A program made the translations under genes and the position numbers. Positions 44,800 through 54,101 of a stretch of DNA of 55,787 nucleotides are shown piece by piece (within the stretch, counting starts at the first letter, position 1; the number at the start of each line of letters is the position of its first letter). This DNA comes from Pseudomonadota bacterium (GTDB lineage Bacteria; Desulfobacterota; Anaeroferrophillalia; Anaeroferrophillales; Tharpellaceae). The stretch lies in the NCBI GenBank assembly GCA_034659215.1, contig JAYEGS010000057.1:1-55787 (forward strand). Reading direction: 5' to 3'. A model generated the notes under the pieces. It searched no databases. It had not been told where the DNA came from and saw only the letters and a program-made list of their open reading frames with translations.

Positions 44800-46080
44800 C
44801 TATTTCAATAACACCTGGTAAAATCTCTTTTTACCGGCTCGTATAATAATTTTATCCTGGTTAAAATCAGCTACCTCAAGTTGGCGGTCGGCATTGATGC
44901 GTTGCTCATTTAAATAAGCGCCGCCCTGTTCAATCAGACGCCGGGTTTGGCCTTTTGATTTGCTCAGGCCGGTCAGGATGAAGAGGTCGACCAGGGTCAA
45001 GCCGGCGGTCAACTGCTCCCGTTCAAGTTCCAGCGTGGGCAGCTCCACTTTCGTTTGGGCAAGACTGATATTACGAATTGCGGATGAAGTTTCAATTTTA
45101 AGTTCAGGATCGGCGCTGCCGAAACGGCTAATTGCGGTTTTGTAGGCCGTGGTTGCGGCTTCATGACCATGCACCAGGGCCGTAACTTCATAGGCGAGGA
45201 TCTCTTTGACGCGGTTGACGGCCTGATCCTGAAGGGCGCTTAAGCGTGTGATTTCAGGTATCGGCAGAAACGTGAAAAAACTTAAGAGGCGTCTGATTTC
45301 AGAGTCTTCGCAATTGCGCCAGAACTGGTAAAAATCGAGTACCGAAGTTCGATCAATTGCGAGCCAGACGGCTCCGGCGGCGGTTTTGCCGAATTTTTCA
45401 CCGCTGCTGGTGGTCAGCAGCGGGAACGTAACCCCGTAAGCCTCAACGCTTTGGGTGCGGCGAATGAGATCGATGCCGGCCACGATATTTCCCCACTGAT
45501 CCTGGCCGCCCATCTGGATGCGACACTGCTGTTCTTTGCATAAGACGTGAAAATCGTAAGCCTGGAGAATCATGTAGTTAAATTCGATGAAAGAGAGGCC
45601 GGTTTCAAGGCGTTGTTTGTAAGATTCGGCCGTGATCATCCGGTTGACACTGAAATGGCGTCCGATCTCTCTTAAGAAGTCGACATATTTAAGCGATGAG
45701 AGCCAGTCGGCATTGTTGATCAGTCGGCAGCGATCATCACTGAAATCAAGAAAGCGAGCGAGCTGGCCCGCAATCCCATTTCCATTTTCAACAATCATTT
45801 CCGGGGTCAGCATCTGTCGTAGTTCAGTCTTGCCGCTGGGATCGCCAACCATGGCGGTGCCGCCACCGAGGATGGCAATCGGGCGATGACCGGCCTTTTG
45901 CAGATGCATCATGACGATAATCGGGATGAGAGAGCCGACATGAAGGCTGTCAGCTGTCGGATCAAAACCGATATAGAAGGTCTGCGGCGCCTCTTGCAGA
46001 AGTTTTTGTAAACCCACGGCGTTGGTACTCTGATAAACCAGCCCCCGCTCTTCAAGCTCTTGGTATACCTGGCAACTCAT
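44800..46080 (-). CDS. tyrS: Tyrosine--tRNA ligase
   Basis: GFDPTADSLHVGSL (HIGH-type), KFGKT (KMSKS-type), and a C-terminal S4-like domain. Confidence 0.95.
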   Translation of the reverse strand: MSCQVYQELEERGLVYQSTNAVGLQKLLQEAPQTFYIGFDPTADSLHVGSLIPIIVMMHLQKAGHRPIAILGGGTAMVGDPSGKTELRQMLTPEMIVENGNGIAGQLARFLDFSDDRCRLINNADWLSSLKYVDFLREIGRHFSVNRMITAESYKQRLETGLSFIEFNYMILQAYDFHVLCKEQQCRIQMGGQDQWGNIVAGIDLIRRTQSVEAYGVTFPLLTTSSGEKFGKTAAGAVWLAIDRTSVLDFYQFWRNCEDSEIRRLLSFFTFLPIPEITRLSALQDQAVNRVKEILAYEVTALVHGHEAATTAYKTAISRFGSADPELKIETSSAIRNISLAQTKVELPTLELEREQLTAGLTLVDLFILTGLSKSKGQTRRLIEQGGAYLNEQRINADRQLEVADFNQDKIIIRAGKKRFYQVLLK

Positions 46081-46086
46081 CTTCTA

Positions 46087-46368
46087 CTAATCCATGGTCA
46101 TGATTTGTTGGGCCTGGCGCAGGCGTTGGTTCCCTTCCTGGAAAAGTTGCATCGCTTCCAAGATCTTCTCCACTACATCTTCACGGCCCTCCTCTTTGGC
46201 CTGGACAGCCCATTTCTTGTAATCGGTCTGGTGACTATCGTTGTGGTCGATCCAGTGATTCAAAAGCATCGTCAATTTTTCGGCAAAGCTCATTTTTCCC
46301 TGATGGTTGCTGCAGCTGTGGCAGTGGCCGTCGTTGTCGCAGGGGCCGTGATCATGATGTTCATGCAT
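46087..46368 (-). CDS. Small His/Cys-rich protein (93 aa), putative metal-binding
   Basis: N-terminus MHEHHDHGPCDNDGHCHSCSNH followed by a helical segment. Packed 3-6 nt from its neighbours. No known family. Confidence 0.5.
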   Translation of the reverse strand: MHEHHDHGPCDNDGHCHSCSNHQGKMSFAEKLTMLLNHWIDHNDSHQTDYKKWAVQAKEEGREDVVEKILEAMQLFQEGNQRLRQAQQIMTMD

Positions 46369-46371
46369 GAT

Positions 46372-46677
46372 TTATTTCTCCTTTTTGTTTTCAGCTATTT
46401 TCAGATATGAGACCCCGACATCATCGGAGTCGGAGAGGCGATCTATCCGGCGCAGATATTGATGGGGGATGGTGATACTTTCAACCTTAGCGAACTCTTT
46501 GCGTAGAGCTTCGTCTTCCGGAGAGATGATCAGGCGGTTGAGATCTTCAAAGATGATCTCCGAGAGCTCAATAAAACCAAAAAATTCCGACTCTTTTACG
46601 GATCGTGCTAAAAGTGAGTAGCTGCGATCGTCGGTTTGAAAATGGACGCGGTAGATGGGGGTTTTGTTCGTACTCAT
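46372..46677 (-). CDS. DUF1820-like small protein
   Basis: IYRVHFQTDDRSYSLLARSVKESEFFGFIELSEIIFED...ISPEDEALRKEFAKVESITIPHQYLRRID resembles the DUF1820 pattern as I remember it. Confidence 0.55.
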   Translation of the reverse strand: MSTNKTPIYRVHFQTDDRSYSLLARSVKESEFFGFIELSEIIFEDLNRLIISPEDEALRKEFAKVESITIPHQYLRRIDRLSDSDDVGVSYLKIAENKKEK

Positions 46678-46681
46678 AACT

Positions 46682-48376
46682 CTAATTGTCGCCGTTCTTA
46701 AAAATACCGAAGATTTTTCCCAGGAGTCCCTTTTTCTTTTGCGGTTTTGTTGCCTGCCCTTTTACCGGGGGCTTGGGGGTGGGGCCGTCAAATTGTTTCT
46801 TAATGTTTTTGTTGGTTTCAGGGGCGGACTTTGCCGGTTGCTGCTTTTTGTCTGTGCTCTTTGCCCCCGCACCCTTAGCTGCCTGCTCCCCGCCGCTCCG
46901 CTTGCGGGGCGGACGTCGGCGTGAACGATTTTCCGTCGATTTTTGCGCTTCTCCCTGATTGCCGCCGCTTGAACTGCTGCGCCTGCGGGAGGATTGTTTG
47001 CTCTCTTGATCCGATTTTTCCTCAGAATCCGGGCGGCGCTTTTTAGGTTCATATTTTGCCCCGGTTGAGCGTGACGGTTTTTTTCTTGAGCTTGAGGAAC
47101 TACCGCCGCGTCCTCTGGAATCACCGGGTTTTCCTCTTCCCGATGTACTGCGCGGGCTGCTCTGGGAGCGGCGTTGCGGGCGTTTGAAGTTGCGCTCAAA
47201 ATCTTCATCTTCAGCCCAGATAACCGGGATTTTTCCGGCTAGTTTTTCAATTGCTTCAAGGTAGAAAGCATCCTCTTCACCGGCCAGGGCGATGGCGTTG
47301 CCGGTGGCCCCGATCCGTGCCGTTCGGCCGATCCGATGGACATAGTCTTCGGCATCCTGGGGCAGATCATAGTTGAAGACATGGGTGACCGCATCGATAT
47401 GGAGTCCTCTGGAGGCGACATCGGTGGCAATCAGGATGTTGAGTCTCTTATTCTTAAAGCGCTCCAGCGTGGCCAGGCGTTTCTTTTGCGGGACATCACC
47501 GGTTAAGCAGGCCGCCGCAAAACCATTAGCTTTGAGGTACTCTTCAAGGATTTCGGCCATTCTTTTGGTGTTGGTGAAAATCAGGCTGCTCTCGGGTTTT
47601 TCCCGGCGCAAAAGGCCAAAAAGCAGAGACATCTTTTCGTGTTTGCCGACGTGGTAGAGGCTCTGGTCGATTTTGTCAACCGTAATCTGTCCCGGATTGA
47701 TGTTGGTTGCTTCGCTGATATTAAGATGCTCGTAAGCGAGCTCCATGACCTTCTCTGAGAGGGTTGCGGAAAAGAGCAGGGATTGGCGTTTGTCAGTCGA
47801 GGGGCAGCGTTTGAGGAGCCAGCGAACGTCAGGGATAAAACCCATATCAAACATCCGGTCGGCTTCGTCAATAACTAATACTTCAAGTTCATCTAAGAAG
47901 ATAACCTTCTGCTTCATATAATCGATCAAACGACCCGGCGTCGCGACGACGACATCAACCTGCTCGTATTGCAGGGCCATGCGCTGTTTTTCATAATCGA
48001 CGCCACCGTAAATTGCTTGAAAACGAATATTCGTGGATTCGCATAAGATATCAGCTTCACGTCCGATCTGAACCGCCAGTTCACGGGTCGGGGCCAGGAT
48101 CAGAGCCCGGGGACGGGAGGTGCTTTCGTTGATCCTGGAGTTATCGCCGTTTTTTGGTGAGCGGATCAGGCGCGTCAGCAACGTGATCAGGAAGGTTGCG
48201 GTCTTGCCGGTTCCGGTCTGGGACTGGGCCGCGATATTGTCGCCTTTAAGGGTTTGAGGAAGTACCTCGGCTTGAACCGGGGTACAGAATTCATAACCGG
48301 CGGCGGCGATTCCTTCAAGAACCTCGGCCGGAATATCGAGTTGGGTAAAGCTGGTGTCGCTAAAGACTTGTTGCAC
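46682..48376 (-). CDS. DEAD-box ATP-dependent RNA helicase with a long basic low-complexity C-terminal tail
   Basis: Q motif F..L, AQSQTGTGKT, PTRELA, DEAD (VIDEADRMFDMGF), SAT, and HRIGRTAR. The last 170 aa or so are R/S/K/P rich. GTG start. Confidence 0.93.
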   Translation of the reverse strand: MQQVFSDTSFTQLDIPAEVLEGIAAAGYEFCTPVQAEVLPQTLKGDNIAAQSQTGTGKTATFLITLLTRLIRSPKNGDNSRINESTSRPRALILAPTRELAVQIGREADILCESTNIRFQAIYGGVDYEKQRMALQYEQVDVVVATPGRLIDYMKQKVIFLDELEVLVIDEADRMFDMGFIPDVRWLLKRCPSTDKRQSLLFSATLSEKVMELAYEHLNISEATNINPGQITVDKIDQSLYHVGKHEKMSLLFGLLRREKPESSLIFTNTKRMAEILEEYLKANGFAAACLTGDVPQKKRLATLERFKNKRLNILIATDVASRGLHIDAVTHVFNYDLPQDAEDYVHRIGRTARIGATGNAIALAGEEDAFYLEAIEKLAGKIPVIWAEDEDFERNFKRPQRRSQSSPRSTSGRGKPGDSRGRGGSSSSSRKKPSRSTGAKYEPKKRRPDSEEKSDQESKQSSRRRSSSSGGNQGEAQKSTENRSRRRPPRKRSGGEQAAKGAGAKSTDKKQQPAKSAPETNKNIKKQFDGPTPKPPVKGQATKPQKKKGLLGKIFGIFKNGDN

Positions 48377-48461
48377 GTTTTTGGTAATCCTTATTAGTTA
48401 AATAAAAAAGTGTTGTCCCGGTTTTGCCGGGTGCTATGGTTGTTGCAGAAGAGTAAAATTA

Positions 48462-48602
48462 GGAGGTTGTCCGAGAATGCTCTTTTTCCCCAGCTCAGCG
48501 TTATTTTTTGAAAATAATGCTCGGAATACTAGGTGTATGCCTGTGCTTATTTTCAAAAAATGCCTTGATCTGAGAAAAAAATTCTATTCTCGGACAGCCT
48601 CC
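48462..48602 (+). mobile_element. MITE-like element, family A, copy 3 (141 bp)
   Basis: Same termini and internal layout as copy 1. Flanked by TA/TA. Confidence 0.75.
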
Positions 48603-48785
48603 TACGGCTGATAGGGTTTGGCTCAAGTCGGTCAAAAGTACGGTAAATTCGGGTCAGTACAGGTGTTTTCTTGGTGATGGTTGGAAGGTGTGAAATCTGA
48701 AGTGATTTTTACTGCCCACTGCCGACTGTCCCAGTTACTCTCTGCGGCGCGTCTAATAGCAGGTAACGGTTGAAAATTCAAACAT

Positions 48786-49397
48786 TTAATTTGTTTTACT
48801 ATAGATAGAGCGGGCCTTTTGCAGGTCTTTGGGAGAATTAATGTTGAGGAAGGTGTGATCCGGGTAAATGTCGGGGAAATCTGAGCATATAATGATCTTG
48901 ACCCGGACATCATTAAAGAATCGTCTGATTTTAAAATTTTTCTCTTTTAACTGTTTGGCGATGGCGGGAATACAGCTCTGTTTATAGAGGGCGGCCAGGG
49001 GTTGCAGGCCGTCAGGGGTTTGCGGAATTATGACATCGAACTCTTCTCTCTCCTGCCAGAGTTTTGTCAGTCCGCAAGCGCTAATGAAAGGCATGTCTCC
49101 GGCGACGATCTGCAGATAGGGGTTGCGGGCTTTAAGCAAGCAGCTGTAAATTGCTCCCAAAGGGCCTTGATCCGGTTCGAGATCAGTGACGATGCGTCCC
49201 TGGGGATGTTGTTTCAACGTGTTGCTGCTGATCAAGGTCTCTGTGCAGAAAGAGTTGAGGATGCCGAGGGTGCGACTGAGCAGGCTTTCCCGGCCTAAGC
49301 GGAGTTTGGTTTTGTCCATACCGTCCAGGCGCAGAGCCCGGCCGCCGGCGAGTACGGCTCCACTTAGGGGGTATTTGCGTGATGGTTTGGGGGGCAT
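48786..49397 (-). CDS. mobA: Molybdenum cofactor guanylyltransferase MobA
   Basis: LSGAVLAGGRALRLDGMDKTKL, DLEPDQGPLGAI, and PFIS are typical MobA. It directly follows mobB. Confidence 0.88.
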   Translation of the reverse strand: MPPKPSRKYPLSGAVLAGGRALRLDGMDKTKLRLGRESLLSRTLGILNSFCTETLISSNTLKQHPQGRIVTDLEPDQGPLGAIYSCLLKARNPYLQIVAGDMPFISACGLTKLWQEREEFDVIIPQTPDGLQPLAALYKQSCIPAIAKQLKEKNFKIRRFFNDVRVKIIICSDFPDIYPDHTFLNINSPKDLQKARSIYSKTN

Positions 49398-49402
49398 GGT
49401 GG

Positions 49403-49915
49403 TTAACTATTTAGTTCAAAATAGTCGCAGATAAAAGTGCTGATCGCAGAAATTTCATCCGGGGTAAAGAGCGGAACATCAAGGGTTTGTTTCCGGTCAC
49501 TGATAACCGCAATCAGGTTGGGGTCGGGGGTTGCCCCACGGCTTAGCAGCGGCAGGCCGAGGGCTTGGCGTTGGACTTCGACCTTGGGTATCTCGATTTG
49601 CTTGAAGCCCTCCACTAAAATCAGGTCAAGATCCTGCAGATAGGTCGCCGCTAAATCCTCAAGTGGGAGCTGCTTTGCGGTTTGTTCTATCAGAGCTGTC
49701 TGCTTCGGTCCGGTAATAACCGTTTTCCGGGCTCCGGCTGCGGTAAAGCGCTGACTGTCTTTGCCTTCATGATCAATCGTAAAAGAGCGATGATGATGTT
49801 TGACGGCGCCGACCTTCAGGCCTGCAGCCGTCAGATCGGCGATCAAGGTGGTCAACAGCGTCGTCTTGCCGCTGTTGCTGTTGCCGATAAAACCTAAAAG
49901 AGGAACTTTTTTCAT
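49403..49915 (-). CDS. mobB: Molybdopterin-guanine dinucleotide biosynthesis adaptor MobB
   Basis: P-loop GFIGNSNSGKTTLL, KHHH, ILVEGFK. Confidence 0.88.
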   Translation of the reverse strand: MKKVPLLGFIGNSNSGKTTLLTTLIADLTAAGLKVGAVKHHHRSFTIDHEGKDSQRFTAAGARKTVITGPKQTALIEQTAKQLPLEDLAATYLQDLDLILVEGFKQIEIPKVEVQRQALGLPLLSRGATPDPNLIAVISDRKQTLDVPLFTPDEISAISTFICDYFELNS

Positions 49916-50067
49916 TTGGGTTGAAAACCTTTTAACTTAAAGCGGTTAGTGCGAAATCCGACTTGCTGATTGACAGTCGTGGTTGCTCGTGTTACTTCAT
50001 TCAAGTAGCGGCATTTAGCCTAATTCACAGAAAAAATCAATCTATCATCTTAAAGCTGTTCCTATAA

Positions 50068-52179
50068 ATGAAACTGCGTCTTATTTTTCTGGTCTTGTCT
50101 TTGCTCGCATTTTTGTCGGCGACAACCGGAGGCTATCTCCACTATACCTCTCTGAAAAAAGCGGCTTTTAAGGAGGCTGAACATCACGCCATTACCCGGG
50201 TTGAAATTATTCAGAAAAATCTTTCAACCTTTCTTTCGGAAAATGTTAAACCGGTTCGTACCCTGGCCGGTATGCCGCAACTGATTAAACGTCTGGTCGT
50301 CGGGGGGCGTGATTCAGTTGTGCAGACGGATGTTTTGCTCGATCATTTCAAGAGTGCTTTGAGGGCTGATGTCTGTTATTTGATGAATTTTGACGGGGTC
50401 ACGATTGCTTCCAGTAATCGTGACGATGCTGACAGTTTTGTCGGTAAAAAATTTGCTTTCCGGCCCTATTTCCAAGGGGCGGTGGATGGGTTTCCGACCT
50501 CCTATCTGGCTCTGGGAACGACTTCCGGGAAACGTGGGGTTTATTGCAGCTATCCGGTTTTTGCGGAGCAGGGTGATAGTCCGTTGGGGGTTGCCGTGAT
50601 CAAGGCGTCGCTTGAACAGATTGAGAAAAAATTGGGTCAGAGCCGGGATGAGATCGTTGTCGTAACCGATCCTCGGGGCTTGATTTTTATCGCTAATCGC
50701 AAGGCTTGGCTTTTTCAGCTTCTCTGGCATCATTCCGAACGTGAACTGCGGGGCTTAGCCGAATCCCGGCAGTTTGGTAAGGGGCCCTGGTCCTGGACGG
50801 GTTTGGTTCAAGATGGTGAGCACTATGCGATTGATAAGGTTGGAAATCGATATTTTGTTAATCGGTTGGAGATTGACGGTTTTCCGGGTTGGCATGTAGT
50901 TCATCTGCGCAGTTTGAAGGCAATTTACAAGGTGGTTCTCGATCCTCTGGTTCGAGTAACCGTGCCTACCGTTATAACTCTCTGTATTCTGATGGCGTTG
51001 GTAGTCTTTTTTCTCTATCGCAAAGCCAGTGTCGAGATCGTCCAGCGCAAAAATGCCGAACAGGCCTTGCGCGAGAGTGAAAAACGTTACCGCTCGATCT
51101 ATCATAACACGCCGGCGATGCTCCACTCAATTAATGTTGATGGTCGCTTGGTTAGTGTCAGTGATCACTGGCTTGATGTTTTAGGTTATGAGCGCGAGGA
51201 GGTGGTTGGTGAGCCGCTGCTTGACTTTTTGACGCCGGAGTCTAGTCGTTACGCTCGGCAAGAGGTTCTGCCGGATTTTTTTCGCACCGGATTCTGTAAA
51301 GATATCTCTTATCAGTATCTGCGCAAAGATGGGGCCGTTATGGATGTTTTGCTTTCGGCCATCGGAGATCGTGATCCGGACGGGACAATTGTTCGTTCAC
51401 TGGCGGTATCGATCGATATCAGTGCCCGCAAAGCGGCTGAAGAGGCTTTGCAGCAAGCTCAGAAAAAGCTTAGTCTCTATACTCAAGATCTTGAACGTCA
51501 GGTGAAGAAAAGAACGGCCGAACTTAGCCGTTTATCAGGCAGTATTATGGCTGGCCAGGAGAAAGAGCGGGCTGCGATTGCCAGGGGCCTGCATGATGAA
51601 CTCGGTCAGGTGCTGACCGCTTTACGGATCGAGACGGTCTGGCTGGCCGACCGGTTGCGGCCGGTTGATGAGAAGGCCGCCGAGCGGGCGGCAATGATGA
51701 GCTCGCTGATTGATGATACGATTGATGAAGTAAGGAGTATTGCCTTACGTCTGCGGCCCGGTATTCTTGATGATCTGGGTCTGGTCGAAGCTCTGGAGTG
51801 GTATGCGGCGGACTTTGAAAGGCGAACCGGGATTACCTGTGCTTTTACGGTTGAGGGGGTTGTTCCCTCCATGAATGATATATTGGCAACCGCAGCCTAT
51901 CGTATATCTCAGGAGGCCTTGACCAATGTTGTCCGTCATGCGGCGGCGGATCAGGTCTCCATGTCCCTGGTGGCCGAAGACTCTTTGCTTGTTTTAACTG
52001 TGGAGGATGATGGTTGCGGTTTTTTCATTGACAAATTATCCGAAGTTGCCGGACTCGGAGTTGCAGGGATGCGGGAACGAGCGGTTTTGGTCAGTGGATT
52101 TCTGGAGATTTTATCCTCTCCCGACCGAGGAACCAAGGTCGTCTTTAAGGCTCCATTCAAAAGGGAAGAGAAATCATGA
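50068..52179 (+). CDS. Sensor histidine kinase: double-Cache-like periplasmic domain, PAS, HisKA_3, HATPase_c (NarX/DegS class)
   Basis: TM, a periplasmic domain of about 270 aa and a second TM. A PAS domain follows (YRSIYHNTPAMLHSIN...). H-box GLHDELGQVLTAL. ATPase motifs QEALTNVVRHA and DDGCGF. Confidence 0.9.
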   Translation: MKLRLIFLVLSLLAFLSATTGGYLHYTSLKKAAFKEAEHHAITRVEIIQKNLSTFLSENVKPVRTLAGMPQLIKRLVVGGRDSVVQTDVLLDHFKSALRADVCYLMNFDGVTIASSNRDDADSFVGKKFAFRPYFQGAVDGFPTSYLALGTTSGKRGVYCSYPVFAEQGDSPLGVAVIKASLEQIEKKLGQSRDEIVVVTDPRGLIFIANRKAWLFQLLWHHSERELRGLAESRQFGKGPWSWTGLVQDGEHYAIDKVGNRYFVNRLEIDGFPGWHVVHLRSLKAIYKVVLDPLVRVTVPTVITLCILMALVVFFLYRKASVEIVQRKNAEQALRESEKRYRSIYHNTPAMLHSINVDGRLVSVSDHWLDVLGYEREEVVGEPLLDFLTPESSRYARQEVLPDFFRTGFCKDISYQYLRKDGAVMDVLLSAIGDRDPDGTIVRSLAVSIDISARKAAEEALQQAQKKLSLYTQDLERQVKKRTAELSRLSGSIMAGQEKERAAIARGLHDELGQVLTALRIETVWLADRLRPVDEKAAERAAMMSSLIDDTIDEVRSIALRLRPGILDDLGLVEALEWYAADFERRTGITCAFTVEGVVPSMNDILATAAYRISQEALTNVVRHAAADQVSMSLVAEDSLLVLTVEDDGCGFFIDKLSEVAGLGVAGMRERAVLVSGFLEILSSPDRGTKVVFKAPFKREEKS

Positions 52180-52814
52180 TAAAAGTGTTGTTGGCTGATG
52201 ATCATGTGATTGTCCGGGCCGGTCTTGTCCGGATTGTCGAGGAGAGTGGAGATATTGAGGTTGTTGCCGAAGCCTGTGATGGACGTGAGGCGGTTCGTCT
52301 GGCCTTGAAATCTCCACCTGATGTGGCGATCGTTGATATCTCGATGCCGGGTCTGGATGGTCTGGAGGTGTCCTCAAGGCTGTTGGAGGCTTATCCAAAA
52401 TTACCGATTATCATTTTGACGATGCATGAAGAGGAGCAGTATGTAATCCGGGCGGTTGAAGTCGGGGTTATGGGCTATGTGACCAAACGTTCCGCTCCGG
52501 AACAGCTGGTTTCCGCTATTCGTAAGGTCTATGGTGGAGCCCGATATTTAAGTGAAGAAGCGGTTGAAATGTTGGCTTTACGGTTGGCTAAGGGAGTCAC
52601 CGGAAAGTCTCCGCTCGATTCATTATCAACCCGGGAAATGCAAGTTTTGCGGCATCTGGCTTTAGGCCAAACCAATCATGAAATTGCTGATGCCTATCAT
52701 ATCAGTGTAAAAACCGTCGATACCTATCGTTCTCGCCTCCTGAAAAAACTAAATCTGCGCAATAATGCCGAATTGTCTCGTTTTGCCATCCAAAACCGTC
52801 TGATTGAGCCCTAA
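52176..52814 (+). CDS. NarL/FixJ-family response regulator (receiver plus LuxR-type HTH)
   Basis: KVLLADDH..., DVAIVDISMPGLDG, YVTK, and the C-terminal LSTREMQVLRHLALGQTNHEIADAYHISVKTVDTYRSRLLKKL. ATGA overlap with the kinase. Confidence 0.93.
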   Translation: MIKVLLADDHVIVRAGLVRIVEESGDIEVVAEACDGREAVRLALKSPPDVAIVDISMPGLDGLEVSSRLLEAYPKLPIIILTMHEEEQYVIRAVEVGVMGYVTKRSAPEQLVSAIRKVYGGARYLSEEAVEMLALRLAKGVTGKSPLDSLSTREMQVLRHLALGQTNHEIADAYHISVKTVDTYRSRLLKKLNLRNNAELSRFAIQNRLIEP

Positions 52815-52819
52815 ATCTT

Positions 52820-52897
52820 CAGTCGTATCCGGTTTGCTGATTGCAACCTGATATCCCTAGATTTTTTGCCAAGCAAGTTGCTAGCCGGACAGAACTG
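52820..52897 (+). mobile_element. MITE-like element, family B, copy 2 (78 bp)
   Basis: About 88% identical to 24678-24756. Flanked by CTAAATCTT and TTAAATCCT (7 of 9 identical). The left flank contains the regulator stop codon. Confidence 0.7.
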
Positions 52898-53071
52898 TTA
52901 AATCCTACCTCTTTGTAATAAAAATTCTTACAAGAGTTTCAGAAATAGTCGACTTGTTTATCCAGGTCTTTTTTTGCTATTAAACCATCCTAATAAAACC
53001 GGGTTTCTCAAATGTCCGTTATGGTAGCGGCGTTGTCAGGGAGGCCTTCATTAGTTGATGGGAGCAAAAAG

Positions 53072-54067
53072 ATGAAAAAAAGTAAGCTTTTAGTATTAAG
53101 TCTGGTTGTGGCAGTGGCGATGATGGCGTTCGCGACGGTTTCTTTCGCGGGTCCCGTAGTCATCAAGTTTTCGCACGTGGTTGCGGAAAATACTCCTAAA
53201 GGTCAGATGGCCAACAAGTTTAAGGAACTTGTCGAAAAACGTCTGCCCGGTAAAGTTGAAGTCGAAGTCTTTCCTAATTCGCAGCTTTTTGGCGATAACA
53301 AGGTGCTTGAAGCGATGCTTTTGGGTGACGTTCATATGGCCGCTCCTTCGCTCTCTAAATTTAAAAAATACACCAAAAGCCTGCAGCTCTATGACTTGCC
53401 TTTTCTCTTCAAAGATATGGACGCGGTTTCTACTTTTCAGAATGGTCCTTACGGACAGAAAATGTTGATGTCAATAAAGAAAAAAGGACTTATCGGTTTG
53501 GGTTACCTGCATAATGGTCTCAAACAGCTCTCCTCCAGCTCGCCGCTTAAAGTCCCGGCCGATGCTAAACAGAAAAAGTTCCGTATCATGAGTTCCGATG
53601 TTTTGGCGGCCCAGTTTGAGGCGGTTGGAGCCATGCCTTTGAAAAAACCTTTCTCTGAAGTTTTCACCCTTTTGCAGACCAAGGCTATTGATGGTCAGGA
53701 GAACACCTGGTCTAATATCTACTCCAAGAAATTTTTTGAAGTTCAGGGTTATATTACTGAGTCCAACCATGGTCTGCTCGACTACATGATCGTTACCTCA
53801 ACTGAGTTCTGGATGGGTTTGTCGGATGAGTTGCGCACCGAAATCAAGGCTGCTTTGGATGAAGCGATCGCTTTCGGTAACGAAGTTGCCGCGAAAAAAT
53901 CGGTTGAAGATCGTCAGAAAATCATCGATTCCAAACGTTCCAAGATTATCGAGCTTACCGATGCCGAGCGTCAGCAGTGGGTTGACAAAATGAAACCGGT
54001 TTGGAAAAAGTTTGAAGGTCAGATCGGTAAAGAGTACATCGACGCAGCCATCGCTGCCAATAAATAG
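53072..54067 (+). CDS. dctP: TRAP transporter substrate-binding protein DctP family
   Basis: Signal peptide MKKSKLLVLSLVVAVAMMAFATVSFA. VIKFSHVVAENTPKG, NSQLFGD, and GQENTWSNI are typical DctP. ATG 53072. Confidence 0.9.
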   Translation: MKKSKLLVLSLVVAVAMMAFATVSFAGPVVIKFSHVVAENTPKGQMANKFKELVEKRLPGKVEVEVFPNSQLFGDNKVLEAMLLGDVHMAAPSLSKFKKYTKSLQLYDLPFLFKDMDAVSTFQNGPYGQKMLMSIKKKGLIGLGYLHNGLKQLSSSSPLKVPADAKQKKFRIMSSDVLAAQFEAVGAMPLKKPFSEVFTLLQTKAIDGQENTWSNIYSKKFFEVQGYITESNHGLLDYMIVTSTEFWMGLSDELRTEIKAALDEAIAFGNEVAAKKSVEDRQKIIDSKRSKIIELTDAERQQWVDKMKPVWKKFEGQIGKEYIDAAIAANK

Positions 54068-54101
54068 TTTTTTCCAGAATAGTTACGATTTGATTTGCTT
54101 A

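Noticed and set aside
46655-47871. Long alternate-frame ORFs in the helicase tail region (46655-46924, 46686-46958, 46762-47208, 47581-47871)
   Set aside because: They are products of low-complexity GC-rich repeats encoding the basic tail. The helicase frame is continuous through its motifs.
48632-48913. 93-aa minus-strand ORF overlapping the 3' end of mobA
   Set aside because: It overlaps mobA in another frame, has no RBS and has an odd composition. The mobA frame is supported by family motifs.
53020-53040. Possible sigma-54 promoter upstream of dctP (TGGTAGCGGCGTTGTC)
   Set aside because: The -12 element is GT rather than GC. The site lies only about 35 nt from the start codon, so the match is too weak.
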